Positions 48,534-59,203 of a DNA stretch of 64,000 bases are shown in pieces; position 1 is the stretch's first letter; every line of letters starts with the position of its first letter. Source of the DNA: Rubripirellula sp. GTDB lineage: Bacteria; Planctomycetota; Planctomycetia; Pirellulales; Pirellulaceae. The stretch spans positions 7,392,001 through 7,456,000 of the forward strand of contig OZ244207.1 of NCBI GenBank assembly GCA_965216875.1. The letters are read 5' to 3'. The position numbers and the translations under genes are program-made. Under the pieces are notes generated by a model, which saw only the letters and a program-made list of their open reading frames with translations, ran no database searches and was not told the origin of the DNA.

Positions 48534-50279
48534 CTAATTCACGATTAGTTCTGGGGCGAGGTCGCCAAGGCGGTCAAGCAGATACAGGTCGACATCGCGA
48601 GCCGCTTCGAGCTTCATGACGCGTTCGGCGATCTGCTGACATTGCTCGATCGACACACTGCGAATCGCTTTCTTGACGCGGGGCAGCGCCGAGGGGGGAA
48701 CGCTCAAGTTGCGAACGCCAAGCCCCAGCAGCAGCAGTGCGCGACCGGGGTTGCTGCTCATTTCGCCACAAACGGCGATCGGTGTGTCATGTTTGTCGGC
48801 GACTTTGACACTCTGGCGAATCAATCTCAGGACTGCTGGGTCACTCGATTGATAAAGGTCGGCGACGTATTCGTTGCTGCGGTCGACGGCCAAGGTGTAC
48901 TGAGCCAAATCGTTTGTGCCGATGCTCAAGAAGTCGACTTCGCGAACAAAGTGTTCCAGCATCACGACGGCGGCGGGGACTTCGACCATCATGCCGACCG
49001 GAATGTCGCTGCGATGGTCGATCCCAGCTTCGGCCAGGTCTTCGGCAACCACTTTGAGAAGCATTCGCGCCTGACGCAGTTCGGCAATCGTCGTGATCAG
49101 GGGGAACATGATACGAACATCGCCAAAGACGGCCGCTCGAAGGACAGCGCGCAGTTGCGGTCGGAACAGGTCAAGGTTCCGAAGTGAAAGACGGATGCTG
49201 CGCAGTCCCAAGAAAGGATTGTGTTCGTTTTCGGCCAGCGGCCTGTGTCCCATTTTGTCGGCACCCAGATCAAGGGTGCGAATCACGACTGGGCGGCCGT
49301 TCATTTCCTGGATGACTTGGCTGTAGGCTTGGTAGTGATCTTCTTCACTCGGTTCGACACTGCTTGCCAAGTAAAGAAACTCGGTCCGATACAAACCAAT
49401 CCCATCGGCACCGCGTTGCAGGCAGGAAGCGGTTTCGTGTGGGAATTCGATGTTCGCACTCAAGCGGATTCGAACGCCGTCAGCGGTTTCGGCAGGAAGG
49501 TCGCGAAGTTCGGCAAGGCGTGCGGTGAGTGATCGGCGTTTTTCAAGACGCTGTTCGTAGCTCGCCACGGTTTCTTCATCGGGGTCGATGATGACCTTGC
49601 CGCGGTCACCATCAACAATCACCCGAGCCGATTCGGGTACCGAATCGAGGAAAGCGCCAATCCCAACCACGGCGGGCAGTTCAAGGCCTTTGGCAACGAT
49701 TGCTGTGTGCCCGCCAGGACCGCCCGTTTCGGTGCAAAAACCTCGCACGTACTTCCGATCAAGGTTCGCCGTTTCGCTTGGCGTCAATTCATGCGAAAGG
49801 ACGATGACCGGTTCGTGCAAATCAGAAAGCGGTTGACGCGTGACGGCGCCGAGCTGAAGCAGCAATTGCTTTTCGATGTCCAGGATGTCCTGGGCGCGAT
49901 CGGCAAACAGCGGGTTGTCGAGCCGTTTGAAGGAAGCGGCAAAGTGGTGCAACACTCGACTGACCGCATAGGCGGCCGAGTGATGTTGTTCTTTGATTCG
50001 CCGACCAAGTTCTGCGTGCAGATAGGGGTCGTGCAGCATCTGCATTTGGGCGGCAAAGATGTCACCGGTGTGTTCGCCAGCAACGGCCGAGGTCTCAAGG
50101 CGATGCTGTTCGAGCTTTTCGGAGACGCCATCGACGGCGGTGCGAAGGCGCGCGTATTCCTTCTCCGCCTCTTCGGCGGCGACGATGCAGCGGGGAATAC
50201 GGTAACCATCAGCGTCCAGCACTAGGGCTGGGCCAATCGCGACTCCCGGCGAAACAGGGATACCTTGCAGTTCGACCAT
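48534..50279 (-). CDS. ptsI: PEP-protein phosphotransferase (PTS enzyme I)
   Basis: GHTAIVAK, GIGLYRTEFL, RTLDLGADK, NPFLGLR, SIGTNDL.QY, CGEM. Confidence 0.95.
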   Translation of the reverse strand: MVELQGIPVSPGVAIGPALVLDADGYRIPRCIVAAEEAEKEYARLRTAVDGVSEKLEQHRLETSAVAGEHTGDIFAAQMQMLHDPYLHAELGRRIKEQHHSAAYAVSRVLHHFAASFKRLDNPLFADRAQDILDIEKQLLLQLGAVTRQPLSDLHEPVIVLSHELTPSETANLDRKYVRGFCTETGGPGGHTAIVAKGLELPAVVGIGAFLDSVPESARVIVDGDRGKVIIDPDEETVASYEQRLEKRRSLTARLAELRDLPAETADGVRIRLSANIEFPHETASCLQRGADGIGLYRTEFLYLASSVEPSEEDHYQAYSQVIQEMNGRPVVIRTLDLGADKMGHRPLAENEHNPFLGLRSIRLSLRNLDLFRPQLRAVLRAAVFGDVRIMFPLITTIAELRQARMLLKVVAEDLAEAGIDHRSDIPVGMMVEVPAAVVMLEHFVREVDFLSIGTNDLAQYTLAVDRSNEYVADLYQSSDPAVLRLIRQSVKVADKHDTPIAVCGEMSSNPGRALLLLGLGVRNLSVPPSALPRVKKAIRSVSIEQCQQIAERVMKLEAARDVDLYLLDRLGDLAPELIVN

Positions 50280-50538
50280 CGCGGGAAGGATCGGTCATCG
50301 GTGTCACGGATTGGCTTCCGGCCAGTTGCCGGTGTCGTGCCTGCCCACTGGCGCAAGGCCATGGTCTTGGCAGGAGGTTCAGCCAATCCTTGTGACGATT
50401 TCAAACGATCCATCACTGTGTTCGTGTGTAGTTTGTCTGAGACTGTCTGCGGGAAACGCTGTGTTGGCAGTGGGTGCCGACAGCATTTCCCGATCGTTGT
50501 GCAGCGAGGCGAGACGCTCGTGACGCATTGGTTTTGCG

Positions 50539-50850
50539 TTACTCGGCGTCGGTTGCTCCCTGCATTTCTTCCATCTCATCAAACCCCGCTTCGAACAATT
50601 CGCCGATCAATCGCAACGCTTCCGCGGCATCCGTTCCTGAGGCTGACAGGGTCAGTGTGGTGCCCTTCGCGGCTGCGAGGGTCAACAGGTTCAGGATGCT
50701 TTTGCAATCGACCACCTCACCATTCTTGATCCCGATCGAAATCGTCGACTCGAATTGATTGGCCAAACGGACAAGCAAATCAGCCGGACGCGCATGCAAC
50801 CCTTGCGGGTTGATGACGGTGACGGTTCGGGAAAGCGGGGAGGAGCTCAT
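50539..50850 (-). CDS. ptsH: HPr phosphocarrier protein
   Basis: GLHARPA (His15) and DCKSIL (Ser46 region). Confidence 0.95.
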   Translation of the reverse strand: MSSSPLSRTVTVINPQGLHARPADLLVRLANQFESTISIGIKNGEVVDCKSILNLLTLAAAKGTTLTLSASGTDAAEALRLIGELFEAGFDEMEEMQGATDAE

Positions 50851-51329
50851 TAGCCAGAAACAAATTGGTTATCGTCTGCTTCTTGCAACAATTGATTGAT
50901 GTCTTCGGGAGTTTTGCTTTGCTTGAGGAAGCGGCAAAACGTGTCGTCGCGAAGTTGTCGCGAGATGTTCTCGAGTGCTCGCAAGTGATCGCCGGGGCGT
51001 TCTGGCGGGCTGATCAACAAGAAGAACAGTTGAACGCGTTCGCCGTCGAGCGAATCAAAGTCGACTCCCTCGGTGCTGACACCGACGGTTCCGACGAGTT
51101 TTTGAACGCTGGGATGTTTGGTGTGAGGAACGGCAACGCCTCGGCCAATGCCGGTGCTGCCCAGTTCTTCGCGTTTCATGATCGCGGCGATGATGTCTTC
51201 GCGTTGATCGGCTTCGATTTGGCCAGAATCGAGAAGAGATTGAACCAACTCTTGGATCACCTCTTCCTTTGTGCCGGCTTGCAAATCGGCGCGAATAGCG
51301 TCAGTACTGATAAAGTCTGCGAACTTCAT
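50850..51329 (-). CDS. ptsN: PTS EIIA (Ntr/fructose type)
   Basis: [30 protein letters not shown]. Confidence 0.88.
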   Translation of the reverse strand: MKFADFISTDAIRADLQAGTKEEVIQELVQSLLDSGQIEADQREDIIAAIMKREELGSTGIGRGVAVPHTKHPSVQKLVGTVGVSTEGVDFDSLDGERVQLFFLLISPPERPGDHLRALENISRQLRDDTFCRFLKQSKTPEDINQLLQEADDNQFVSG

Positions 51330-51578
51330 TTCGGTGCGATTCCTTGTGATGAAATCAAGGTGTAATTCACCCGCCCAACTCGGCAAGAGGGAATCGGAGA
51401 TCCGATGTCTGAGTCAGAGGAGGCTGGCACAAACGAGTGCAACCAGCTCCATCGTTTCACCGCGATCGGTGCCGAAAAGCGTCGACCGAGGTGTCGGCAC
51501 AGAATCGAAAAGGTTCCTCCAACGAGATTGGAGCGGTGGTCACTGAGAGGATCGAAGGTGGGTGACGGGCACTTGCCC

Positions 51579-51938
51579 TTAGTCTTCGTCCGCAGCGACC
51601 TGCGTATCAATGTGTTTGTGTCCGGTGGCGCGGTGGCCAGTTTTCTTTTCCTTGAGGCGACGCAATTGCTGTTCGACCTTCGGGATCGCCGTGTCGAGCG
51701 CGGAGATCACGGTGGTGGATTCAGCGGTTGCGACGCAATCTTCTGCCTCTTCGGCCGAGACAACAATTTCGACCGTTGGCTTGTCCAAATGTTCCAGGTT
51801 GACGGTAACCTCAATGGCGGTGATGCGATCGTAAAGTCGGCGAAGCTTCTCCGATTTTTCGACAATAAGTTGCTGATCGCCCGGCTGCAGATTGCCGTGA
51901 CGCGCCGAGACGCTGACCTGCATGCTGTTATTCTCCAT
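51579..51938 (-). CDS. hpf: Ribosome hibernation factor HPF/RaiA (short form; start may be 51923)
   Basis: MQVSVSARH...ALD.AI.KVEQQLRRLKEK. Confidence 0.88.
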   Translation of the reverse strand: MENNSMQVSVSARHGNLQPGDQQLIVEKSEKLRRLYDRITAIEVTVNLEHLDKPTVEIVVSAEEAEDCVATAESTTVISALDTAIPKVEQQLRRLKEKKTGHRATGHKHIDTQVAADED

Positions 51939-52311
51939 CCGTTGTTTTGGTCATGTACGACCCGAAACCAAACATCCAGCATAGGCGACAAGCCGCCCCG
52001 CGAATAGCGATGCTCTCCAGATCTTCAAATTGCTCGATTTACGCTCGATAGAGCGTCAAACCTGAGCAACCAGGGGAGCGGAAAGCCCCATTAATGGCTC
52101 CTGTGGAGCCCTGAGGCCGCTACCGGAGGTCTGTTTCGAGGTCACGAGTGGCATTGTGCCAAAATCGAGCCAAAAGCAGTAGCTCAAACCTCTTTTTTTC
52201 GCGGGAAGCCGGTCTCGGTCGGGAATTCTCCGCCACCCCTCGTTTCTCGCCCCTCGAATCAGGTCGCCTCGCTACCGGGCAGCAACTCAGGTTGACGCAA
52301 GCCCCAACAAA

Positions 52312-52418
52312 CACCCTCCCGCTTGCGGGAGGGTCGGACGCAAAGTCCGGGGAGGGAATAACCGTTGCAAAAGACCCTCTCCGGGCCTTTGAGCCCGACT
52401 CTCCCAAGGGAGAGTGTT
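52312..52418. repeat. ~108-bp dispersed palindromic element, copy 2
   Basis: Near-identical to 15331-15439, same orientation. Confidence 0.9.
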
Positions 52419-52589
52419 AACGTGCGCAATTTCGAAGCCTGGTGGAGGCACAATTCCAATCTGCAGCACTCGGACAAGAATGCCCGACGACGAGCCGCAC
52501 ACGTCCCCTGCCCGAAACGATGCGGGCGTGGTAATCTCTGCGATTCTGGATCATCAAAATTCTGTCCCTCAAACCCCATTATTCGCTCC

Positions 52590-52886
52590 ATGGCCCGAAA
52601 GGTCGTCAGTCGAAAGGCCAAGGCTGCTGAGGCCGAAGCCGCCGAAAAGCAAACGACAAAGAAGAAAGCCGCTAAGAAGAAAGCCACTAAGCGGAAAACC
52701 AAGAAGAACGCCGAGCCCGCTCGCTTGAAGCTCTACTGGGGTGTCTTCAGCCAGAACCTCAAGCGGGTCGCCGTCTTCGAATTCGACCAAAAGAAGGAAG
52801 CTCAAAAACGCGCTACCGAATTGAGCAAGGGAGGCAAATCGCCTCACTTCATTCAAAAGGTCAAAGAAGAGATCAAGCCCGAGTAA
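52590..52886 (+). CDS. Small Lys/Ala-rich basic protein (98 aa)
   Basis: MARKVVSRKAKAAEAEAAEKQTTKKKAAKKKATKRKTKK followed by a compact domain; TAATG coupling to the next gene. Confidence 0.75.
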   Translation: MARKVVSRKAKAAEAEAAEKQTTKKKAAKKKATKRKTKKNAEPARLKLYWGVFSQNLKRVAVFEFDQKKEAQKRATELSKGGKSPHFIQKVKEEIKPE

Positions 52887-53725
52887 TGTTTGGCTTGCTG
52901 CGTAGACGCTTGCCCAAGGGTTTGGTGCCAGCGATGGCGCTGATCGTTTTCATGACTGCTGGGTCCACCAACGCACAACCTCCCGCGGCCCCGTCCGCCA
53001 GTGAACCCGATTGGCAGTCACTCTATCGACCCCATGTGTTTGCTGGGGCCGATGGCGGTCAGCTGCCCTATCGAATCTTAGAGCCTCCGACGATCGAGCC
53101 GGGCAAGAAGTACCCGCTCGTTTTGTTCCTCCATGGCGCAGGCGAACGCGGGGATGACAACCGCAGCCAGCTCAAGCATGGCGCAGCTGATTTCGCGCGA
53201 AAGGATCGTCGCGAAGCGAACCCAGCATTCGTTGTCTTTCCGCAATGCCCAAACGATTTTCGATGGGTTGAATCGGATTGGGGCCTGCCAACAGGTCAAG
53301 GAGCGATGCCTCGTGAACCGTCGGTGACGATGGCGTTGGTTCGCCAATTGCTCGATGAATTGCTGAAAAACCCGGCTGTTGATCGCGATCGCGTCTATGT
53401 GACGGGACTCTCCATGGGCGGACAAGGGTCTTGGTTTGCGGCGGCCACTTGGCCTGAGACCTTTGCTGCGATGTTGGAGGTTTGTGGTGGTAGCGATCCC
53501 GGTTGGGCGGTCCGATATGACGGAGTTCCCATTTGGGCGTTTCACGGTCAGAAAGACACGGTTGTTCCGATTTCACGTGGGCGTGAAATGATCAAGGCGC
53601 TCGCCGAAGCGGGACATCACCCTGAGCTTCGCTATGTCGAATACCCCGGTGTGGGACACGACAGCTGGTCTCAGACCTATCGCCGCGACGATGTCTACGA
53701 GTGGTTGTTTAAGCAACACAAATGA
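52886..53725 (+). CDS. Secreted alpha/beta hydrolase (predicted esterase/peptidase)
   Basis: YPLVLFLHGAGERG, GLSMGG, FHG.KD.VV, GVGHDSW. Confidence 0.9.
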   Translation: MFGLLRRRLPKGLVPAMALIVFMTAGSTNAQPPAAPSASEPDWQSLYRPHVFAGADGGQLPYRILEPPTIEPGKKYPLVLFLHGAGERGDDNRSQLKHGAADFARKDRREANPAFVVFPQCPNDFRWVESDWGLPTGQGAMPREPSVTMALVRQLLDELLKNPAVDRDRVYVTGLSMGGQGSWFAAATWPETFAAMLEVCGGSDPGWAVRYDGVPIWAFHGQKDTVVPISRGREMIKALAEAGHHPELRYVEYPGVGHDSWSQTYRRDDVYEWLFKQHK

Positions 53726-54819
53726 CGGACCCGGTCAAACCTGCTGGCAATACAAACGATGCGCCATCGCTCGTTGATGGCCATTGCGTTCAAAGTAGCC
53801 GTCGAAGCTCGTTTCGAATGCCAGCAGAGTGGGAAACGCCAGAGTGCCTTTGGCTTGCCTGGCCTCACAACCCGCAAACGTGGCCTGGGCGATTTGATTC
53901 GATCCCCGATTTCTTCGTTCGTTGGATCCATCTCGTCAGCGAATCGACCGAGGTGCGCGTGATTGCCTCCGGCGAAGCACTCTCCGATGCCAAGTCTCGG
54001 TTGACGCAATGTCGGGGCGTCGAACTTGTTGACGTTCCCACCAACGATTGTTGGCTCCGCGACTATGGTCCCACTTTTGTGGTCGCGACCGACGGGTCGG
54101 TTGTTGGGATCGATTGGAAATACAACGCGTGGGGCGGAAAGTACCCGCCTTGGGATCGCGATGCCGCCGCTGCCCAAGCGATCTGCGACGATGCCAAGAT
54201 CGAATGCGTCAAAGGATCGCTTTGTCTCGAAGGAGGCGCTTTGGAGACCGACGGTCTCGGGCGTCTGCTGACGACACCTCAGTGCCTTGTTACCAGCACG
54301 CGAAATCCAGGCCTAACAGCGCAAGAGGTCGCGTTGGAACTCTATCGTTACCTCGGGGTCACTGAGATTGTATGGGTCGATGGCGGCGGGCTTGTTGGTG
54401 ATGACACCGATGGCCATATCGATCAGCTCGCTCGCTTCGTCGACCCTCATAATGTCGTCGTCGCAACCTGTTCCGATCCTACCGACCCGAATCATCTCGC
54501 CCTCGAAACCAATTTCAAACAGTTGCAGCAATGGGGCGAAGCGGCCGATCCTGTCGTCAACGTCCATCGTCTCGCAATACCTCCAGAACGCATCATTGAT
54601 GGGCAACGCGTTCCCGAGAGCTACTGCAACTTCTTGTGGTTGGGCCGACAGCGGCTGTTGGTGCCGACGTTCGGAGCCGAAACCGATGACGCAGCATTAG
54701 GGCTGCTTGCGGATTTGACCGGGGCGGACGTGTCGGGCATTGATTGCCGCGATCTGGCCTGGGGGCTCGGCGCACTTCACTGCGCAAGCCGCGAGCAGGT
54801 CGCCGCCCGCTCTTCGTAG
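53722..54819 (+). CDS. Agmatine/peptidyl-arginine deiminase family
   Basis: RMPAEWE, WLRDYGP, NAWGGKY, LEGG, DTDGHID, SYCNF, GALHC. Confidence 0.92.
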   Translation: MTDPVKPAGNTNDAPSLVDGHCVQSSRRSSFRMPAEWETPECLWLAWPHNPQTWPGRFDSIPDFFVRWIHLVSESTEVRVIASGEALSDAKSRLTQCRGVELVDVPTNDCWLRDYGPTFVVATDGSVVGIDWKYNAWGGKYPPWDRDAAAAQAICDDAKIECVKGSLCLEGGALETDGLGRLLTTPQCLVTSTRNPGLTAQEVALELYRYLGVTEIVWVDGGGLVGDDTDGHIDQLARFVDPHNVVVATCSDPTDPNHLALETNFKQLQQWGEAADPVVNVHRLAIPPERIIDGQRVPESYCNFLWLGRQRLLVPTFGAETDDAALGLLADLTGADVSGIDCRDLAWGLGALHCASREQVAARSS

Positions 54820-54903
54820 GGTGTGTGCTTGCACGCACCAAACCCGCTGGTGCGTGCAAGCAACCTACGTTGCTTTCTGGTGCGTGCAAGCACACACCCT
54901 ACG
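54815..54903. repeat. Three GTAG-type REPs (one forward, two inverted)
   Basis: cgtagggtgtgtgcttgcacgcacca / tggtgcgtgcaagcaacctacg / tggtgcgtgcaagcacacaccctacg. Confidence 0.9.
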
Positions 54904-55010
54904 TTGCTTGGTGGGCAAACTGCTCTTGCCGTGGATCGGCCGGACGCCTACCGTCCGACACAAACCTCGGCGCATCGTGCGCAGCCAAAACTGTCAGACG
55001 AGTCCCTCTG

Positions 55011-55868
55011 ATGCCTTCCTTGTCAACCTTAAAGCTTCGTTGCCAAGCAATTGGATTTGCTTGCATGACGCTGGTCGCGCTGTTCGCGAGCGGTTGCAGT
55101 CGCAATCCGTACTACGCTGCGGCACCGGGTGGCGCGGCATGGCAAGTTCCGCAAACTGCCGCTGTCAATCCGAACGACGCGACGATCGCCGAACTGAACC
55201 GTCGAGTTCAAATGCTCGACGACAACAATCGCCAGCTCACGACGCAATTGGCGCAAAGCGAACAGCAGTCGCAAGTCTACCGAGACGAAAACGAGTTGTA
55301 TCGCCGACAGCTTGCCGAAATGACAAACCAACTCGAATCGGCCAACACGTTAGCCCGGAACGCCCAGGACCAAGTTCGTGGTTTTCAGGCTTCGTCGCGT
55401 ATTCGCGGTGGCGCTTCGATCCAGGCCAACACCAACCTGGGCCAGCTCGCAAGTCAATTGAATCTGGGTGGCCTCGTCGCGGAGCAAGACGGGCAAGTGG
55501 TTCGAATCGTGGTTCCATCCGACCGGTTGTTCCAACCGGGTACCGCTCAATTGCAACCTCAATCGGTTTCCGTACTCGACCCGCTGTCGCAACAGTTGAA
55601 GAATGTCTTTCCGAGACAGCGAATCGGAATCGAGGGGCATACTGACAACGCCCCTGTCTATGGTGGGACCGCAGCGACCAGCCACCAACTTGCTTCGATG
55701 CAAGCCTCGGCAATTTTGGATGTGTTGACGCGGCGATCGGGCATGCCTGCACAACAGCTCTTTACGATTGCTCAAGGCGGCAACAATCCTCGCCAGGACA
55801 ACGCGACTCCGGCAGGCCGCGCCGCGAATCGACGAATCGAAATCGTCGTCTACCCCGAGACCTTTTAG
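55011..55868 (+). CDS. OmpA/MotB-family lipoprotein with coiled coil (start 55011 or 55065)
   Basis: Lipobox FASGC, heptad region, IEGHTDN, NRRIEIVV. Confidence 0.88.
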   Translation: MPSLSTLKLRCQAIGFACMTLVALFASGCSRNPYYAAAPGGAAWQVPQTAAVNPNDATIAELNRRVQMLDDNNRQLTTQLAQSEQQSQVYRDENELYRRQLAEMTNQLESANTLARNAQDQVRGFQASSRIRGGASIQANTNLGQLASQLNLGGLVAEQDGQVVRIVVPSDRLFQPGTAQLQPQSVSVLDPLSQQLKNVFPRQRIGIEGHTDNAPVYGGTAATSHQLASMQASAILDVLTRRSGMPAQQLFTIAQGGNNPRQDNATPAGRAANRRIEIVVYPETF

Positions 55869-55997
55869 GTCGGGCGAGGCACTCAAGCCTGCGGCTTGGA
55901 CTCTCGCGCATGCTCAAATGCGCGTGCCCTTGACACCCCTCCCTGTGGCTAGATGCTATGTTCCGCATCATGAGCCCGCTTCGAGGAGATTGTCAGT

Positions 55998-57341
55998 ATG
56001 TATTTCATTCGTTTGCTGTTGGTCATCACTGCGTTTGCAGTGACGAGCCGCGCGGTGGCCCAAGACGAACCTGCTGAGCCGCCACTTCAAGGCACGCCGG
56101 CTGCGAATGCGTTTGTGCTGCATGATGAGGTGCGTGATGCGCTCGTTCCGCTGTTCTCGAGCATTGCTGGTGCCGACCAGACTCGCGTGGTTGCCGAGCT
56201 GGTAGCTGAGTCAGCGGTCAAAGGTAGAGTCGTTGATCAACAAAAGTCGACGTATCAAGTCGCGTCGCGTGCGCCCAATAAGTTCACGATCTATTTAAAG
56301 GAAAGCCACCAGCAGACTCGGATCTACTGCGATGGCGAAACGACTTCGGTCGCACTCGCGAAAGACGCCTACCTTCAACTTGAACAGCCGCTCGACAATC
56401 AACAGGCTGCGCTCTCTTTGCCAATACCAATGGGAACATATCCCGAAGCGATTCTGTCTCTTTCGATGGCTGGCGTCGATCCATCGCTCACTTTCTTGGG
56501 TGGAATGAAATCGGTCGAGCTCGTTGATCGAAACAAGTATCGCGGGCAAGCGGCGGTGCATCTAAAGGGAATGCAAAAGGACGGCGTGTCGTGGGACTTT
56601 TGGATTGCTGATGCCCAGGAGGCGAAACCGTTGCGTTTGATCATCGACCTCACATCGATGTTGAAAGCCAGCAATCAGGTCAACGTCGACGAAGACTTTT
56701 CATATCGGTTGCGGATTGACTTTCTGACGTGGGACACCAAGACGAAAGTCAACGATTCGCTTTTCACGTTCAATCCGGGAGCAGAGGCTCGGCGATATGG
56801 CTCGCTTGCCGAGTACCAAGCAGAGATCGCTGGAGTGGTCGAGGAGCACCCTTTGCTCGGCGCGTCGGCGCCACAATTCAGCGTTCGTTTGTTGGACGGA
56901 AAAACAATCACTTCGAACGATCTCAAGGGCCGGGTTGTGGTCCTCGATTTCTGGGCCACTTGGTGCCCGGCGTGTGTCGCCGCGATGCCTGCGCTCGAAG
57001 AGGTCGTTGGCTCGCTCACCGATGAGGTTGTCTTTGTTGCTGTAAACGTCGGCGAAGAGTCCACCGAAGTCAAAGAATTTGTTGAATCCAAGGGTTGGAA
57101 GATGGGCGTGGGGCTCGATCAGGATTCGGCGATTGCCAAGGCCTATCGCGCGGACGCGTTGCCTCAAACCGTTTTGATTGGCAAATCGGGGGCGATCGAA
57201 TCGGTTCACGTTGGCATGCGCGAGTCGGAAACTTGGAAATTACAGCTAAAAGACGAGCTCGACGTGCTGATTGCCGGCGGCATGATCGCGACTGCCGAGC
57301 AGGCGGACCAAGCCGGCGATGACGATTCGGCTGGTCGTTAG
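55998..57341 (+). CDS. Secreted DUF2092-like plus redoxin domain protein
   Basis: Signal peptide, LolA-like beta region, VVLDFWATWCPAC. Confidence 0.8.
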   Translation: MYFIRLLLVITAFAVTSRAVAQDEPAEPPLQGTPAANAFVLHDEVRDALVPLFSSIAGADQTRVVAELVAESAVKGRVVDQQKSTYQVASRAPNKFTIYLKESHQQTRIYCDGETTSVALAKDAYLQLEQPLDNQQAALSLPIPMGTYPEAILSLSMAGVDPSLTFLGGMKSVELVDRNKYRGQAAVHLKGMQKDGVSWDFWIADAQEAKPLRLIIDLTSMLKASNQVNVDEDFSYRLRIDFLTWDTKTKVNDSLFTFNPGAEARRYGSLAEYQAEIAGVVEEHPLLGASAPQFSVRLLDGKTITSNDLKGRVVVLDFWATWCPACVAAMPALEEVVGSLTDEVVFVAVNVGEESTEVKEFVESKGWKMGVGLDQDSAIAKAYRADALPQTVLIGKSGAIESVHVGMRESETWKLQLKDELDVLIAGGMIATAEQADQAGDDDSAGR

Positions 57342-57596
57342 AAAAGGCCAGCTTCCACTTTGAGCCACCTCCAATGCGGTGAAACCAGTCGCGGTCTTCG
57401 AGTCGATTTGACCACAGCAACAGGCAGACTCAAGCTCGCTCAACAGTGCAATGCCAGGCCCATTGCCGCGGAAGATCGCTATTGGTGCGGTCCTGCAAAA
57501 CGTTGACAATGACTATGTGGGCGCCTTAAATGAGATTGGTGACACGTCGATCTCTCTCTTAATTCATCTTCTCTTCGAATACGTGAGGCCCTGGGC

Positions 57597-58883
57597 ATGA
57601 GCGGTTCCTCGAATCGGCGATCTGGTTTCACTCTTGTGGAACTCTTGGTCGTGATCGCGATCATTGGTGTGTTGGTTGGTTTGTTGTTGCCTGCCGTTCA
57701 GGCGGCGCGTGAAGCGGCGCGACGCATGAGTTGCAGCAACAACTTCAAGCAGATTGGTTTGGCCATTCACAACTACCATTCGGCGTACAAGCAACTTCCT
57801 CGATACGCCGCAGGGACCGATGGTGTTGGAGCGAACAAGTCACAGGGAACCGAAGATGGTTGGGTGAGAACGCTGCGTCATAATTCGCAAGCGCTCAGTA
57901 TTCGAGTGGCGATCTTGCCGTTCATCGAGCAGCAAGCCTTGTGGGAGTTGATCAACGAGCCGCTCGATTTTGATGAGGACGGCACGGCTGACTTTCCGGC
58001 GATGGGACCCTATCCGGTGATCAGTGCACTGACCGGTGCGATCCCCGGAAGCAACGCGACCACTGGCGACGAGTATCGACCTTGGAAAACCGAGATTCCG
58101 ACCTATCGATGTCCAAGTGATCCTGGCGTTGGAGCACCCGCGGCAGGGCGACATAACTATGCCGAGTGTCTTGGGGATTCCATGCGGCAACTCTTCGTGG
58201 GGCCGGTGAATTGGAACGCCCCCGGCTTTTCGTCCAATGCGTGGAATCGCCGTGTGACAAAAGCTTCGTGTCGCGGCCTGTTTGTGGCTCGTTCGGACCA
58301 GCGCTTTCGTGATGTCTTGGATGGTCAATCCAACACGATCATGATGGGCGAGATCGCAACCGACCTTTCGGACAACGACAAACGCACTCGGTTGAATCGA
58401 GTGCTTGATATTGATGACACGATGCCAAACGCGGTCAACGCATGTGAAGTTGCCGGACACATCGATCCCGAAAGACCACTGTTTTGGTGTAGCGGCGGCA
58501 GTTGCCCGATTCCGAGTGGTCCTGGCGGAACACTCAACGCCGCGGGCGTTGGGTCACTTTGGGCTCGTGGAATGCAATGGGCGTGGGCGATGCCCTACAA
58601 CAGTGCGTTCACAACCACGACACCTCCCAACCGTGAACTTTGCATCGATCGCTGGGAAGAGGGCGGCGGTTCGATGGCTGCCAGCAGTCGGCATCAAGGT
58701 GGTTGCCACGTCCTGATGGCTGACGGCGCAGTGATTTTCATGACCGACTCGGTGGAATCGGGTGACTTGACCGCGATTCCCATTTCGATCGATCACCTTC
58801 CCGGCGAAAAGAGCCCGTTCGGATTGTGGGGTGCCCTTGGGACACGCTCGGCCAAAGAGGTCATCCAGGAAGAGCTCAATTGA
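57597..58883 (+). CDS. DUF1559 prepilin-type N-terminal cleavage/methylation protein
   Basis: GFTLVELLVVIAIIGVLVGLLLPAVQAAREAARRMSCSNN, CPSD, SRHQGGCHVLMADGAV. Confidence 0.95.
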   Translation: MSGSSNRRSGFTLVELLVVIAIIGVLVGLLLPAVQAAREAARRMSCSNNFKQIGLAIHNYHSAYKQLPRYAAGTDGVGANKSQGTEDGWVRTLRHNSQALSIRVAILPFIEQQALWELINEPLDFDEDGTADFPAMGPYPVISALTGAIPGSNATTGDEYRPWKTEIPTYRCPSDPGVGAPAAGRHNYAECLGDSMRQLFVGPVNWNAPGFSSNAWNRRVTKASCRGLFVARSDQRFRDVLDGQSNTIMMGEIATDLSDNDKRTRLNRVLDIDDTMPNAVNACEVAGHIDPERPLFWCSGGSCPIPSGPGGTLNAAGVGSLWARGMQWAWAMPYNSAFTTTTPPNRELCIDRWEEGGGSMAASSRHQGGCHVLMADGAVIFMTDSVESGDLTAIPISIDHLPGEKSPFGLWGALGTRSAKEVIQEELN

Positions 58884-59011
58884 TGGTGCGGTTGCCAAGT
58901 TCAAACCATCATCAATCGCCCCGCTCAAACTCACGAGCGGGGTGTTTTCATTGGCTCACCCCGATATCTTTAAGGGCTCGCACAAGTGGCTCTACAAACA
59001 AAGTTCAAATC

Positions 59012-59200
59012 ATGAATCGCATCGCGGTGTTTCTTCTGATTGCTGCTGGTTCCCTTGCCCATTTGGGTTGCAGCAAGAGCAACCACGTTGTCGAGACGGA
59101 CGTGAGTCAGAACGACGAGCAATCTCAGGCACGCACGATGCAGGAATATGAGTCGGAAGAATACGCCAAGCATATGGCTGCGCAACAGGAAGGAAACTGA
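59012..59200 (+). CDS. Small lipoprotein (62 aa) downstream of DUF1559
   Basis: MNRIAVFLLIAAGSLAHLGC lipobox-like signal. Confidence 0.7.
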   Translation: MNRIAVFLLIAAGSLAHLGCSKSNHVVETDVSQNDEQSQARTMQEYESEEYAKHMAAQQEGN

Positions 59201-59203
59201 TGC

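Noticed and set aside
52148..52165. TTGGCAC on the minus strand upstream of hpf as a sigma54 promoter
   Set aside because: No TTGC/GC element at the required -12 spacing.
57503..57531. TTGACA upstream of the DUF1559 gene as a sigma70 promoter
   Set aside because: Perfect -35 but only a weak -10 (TTAAAT) at 17 nt; not enough support to list.
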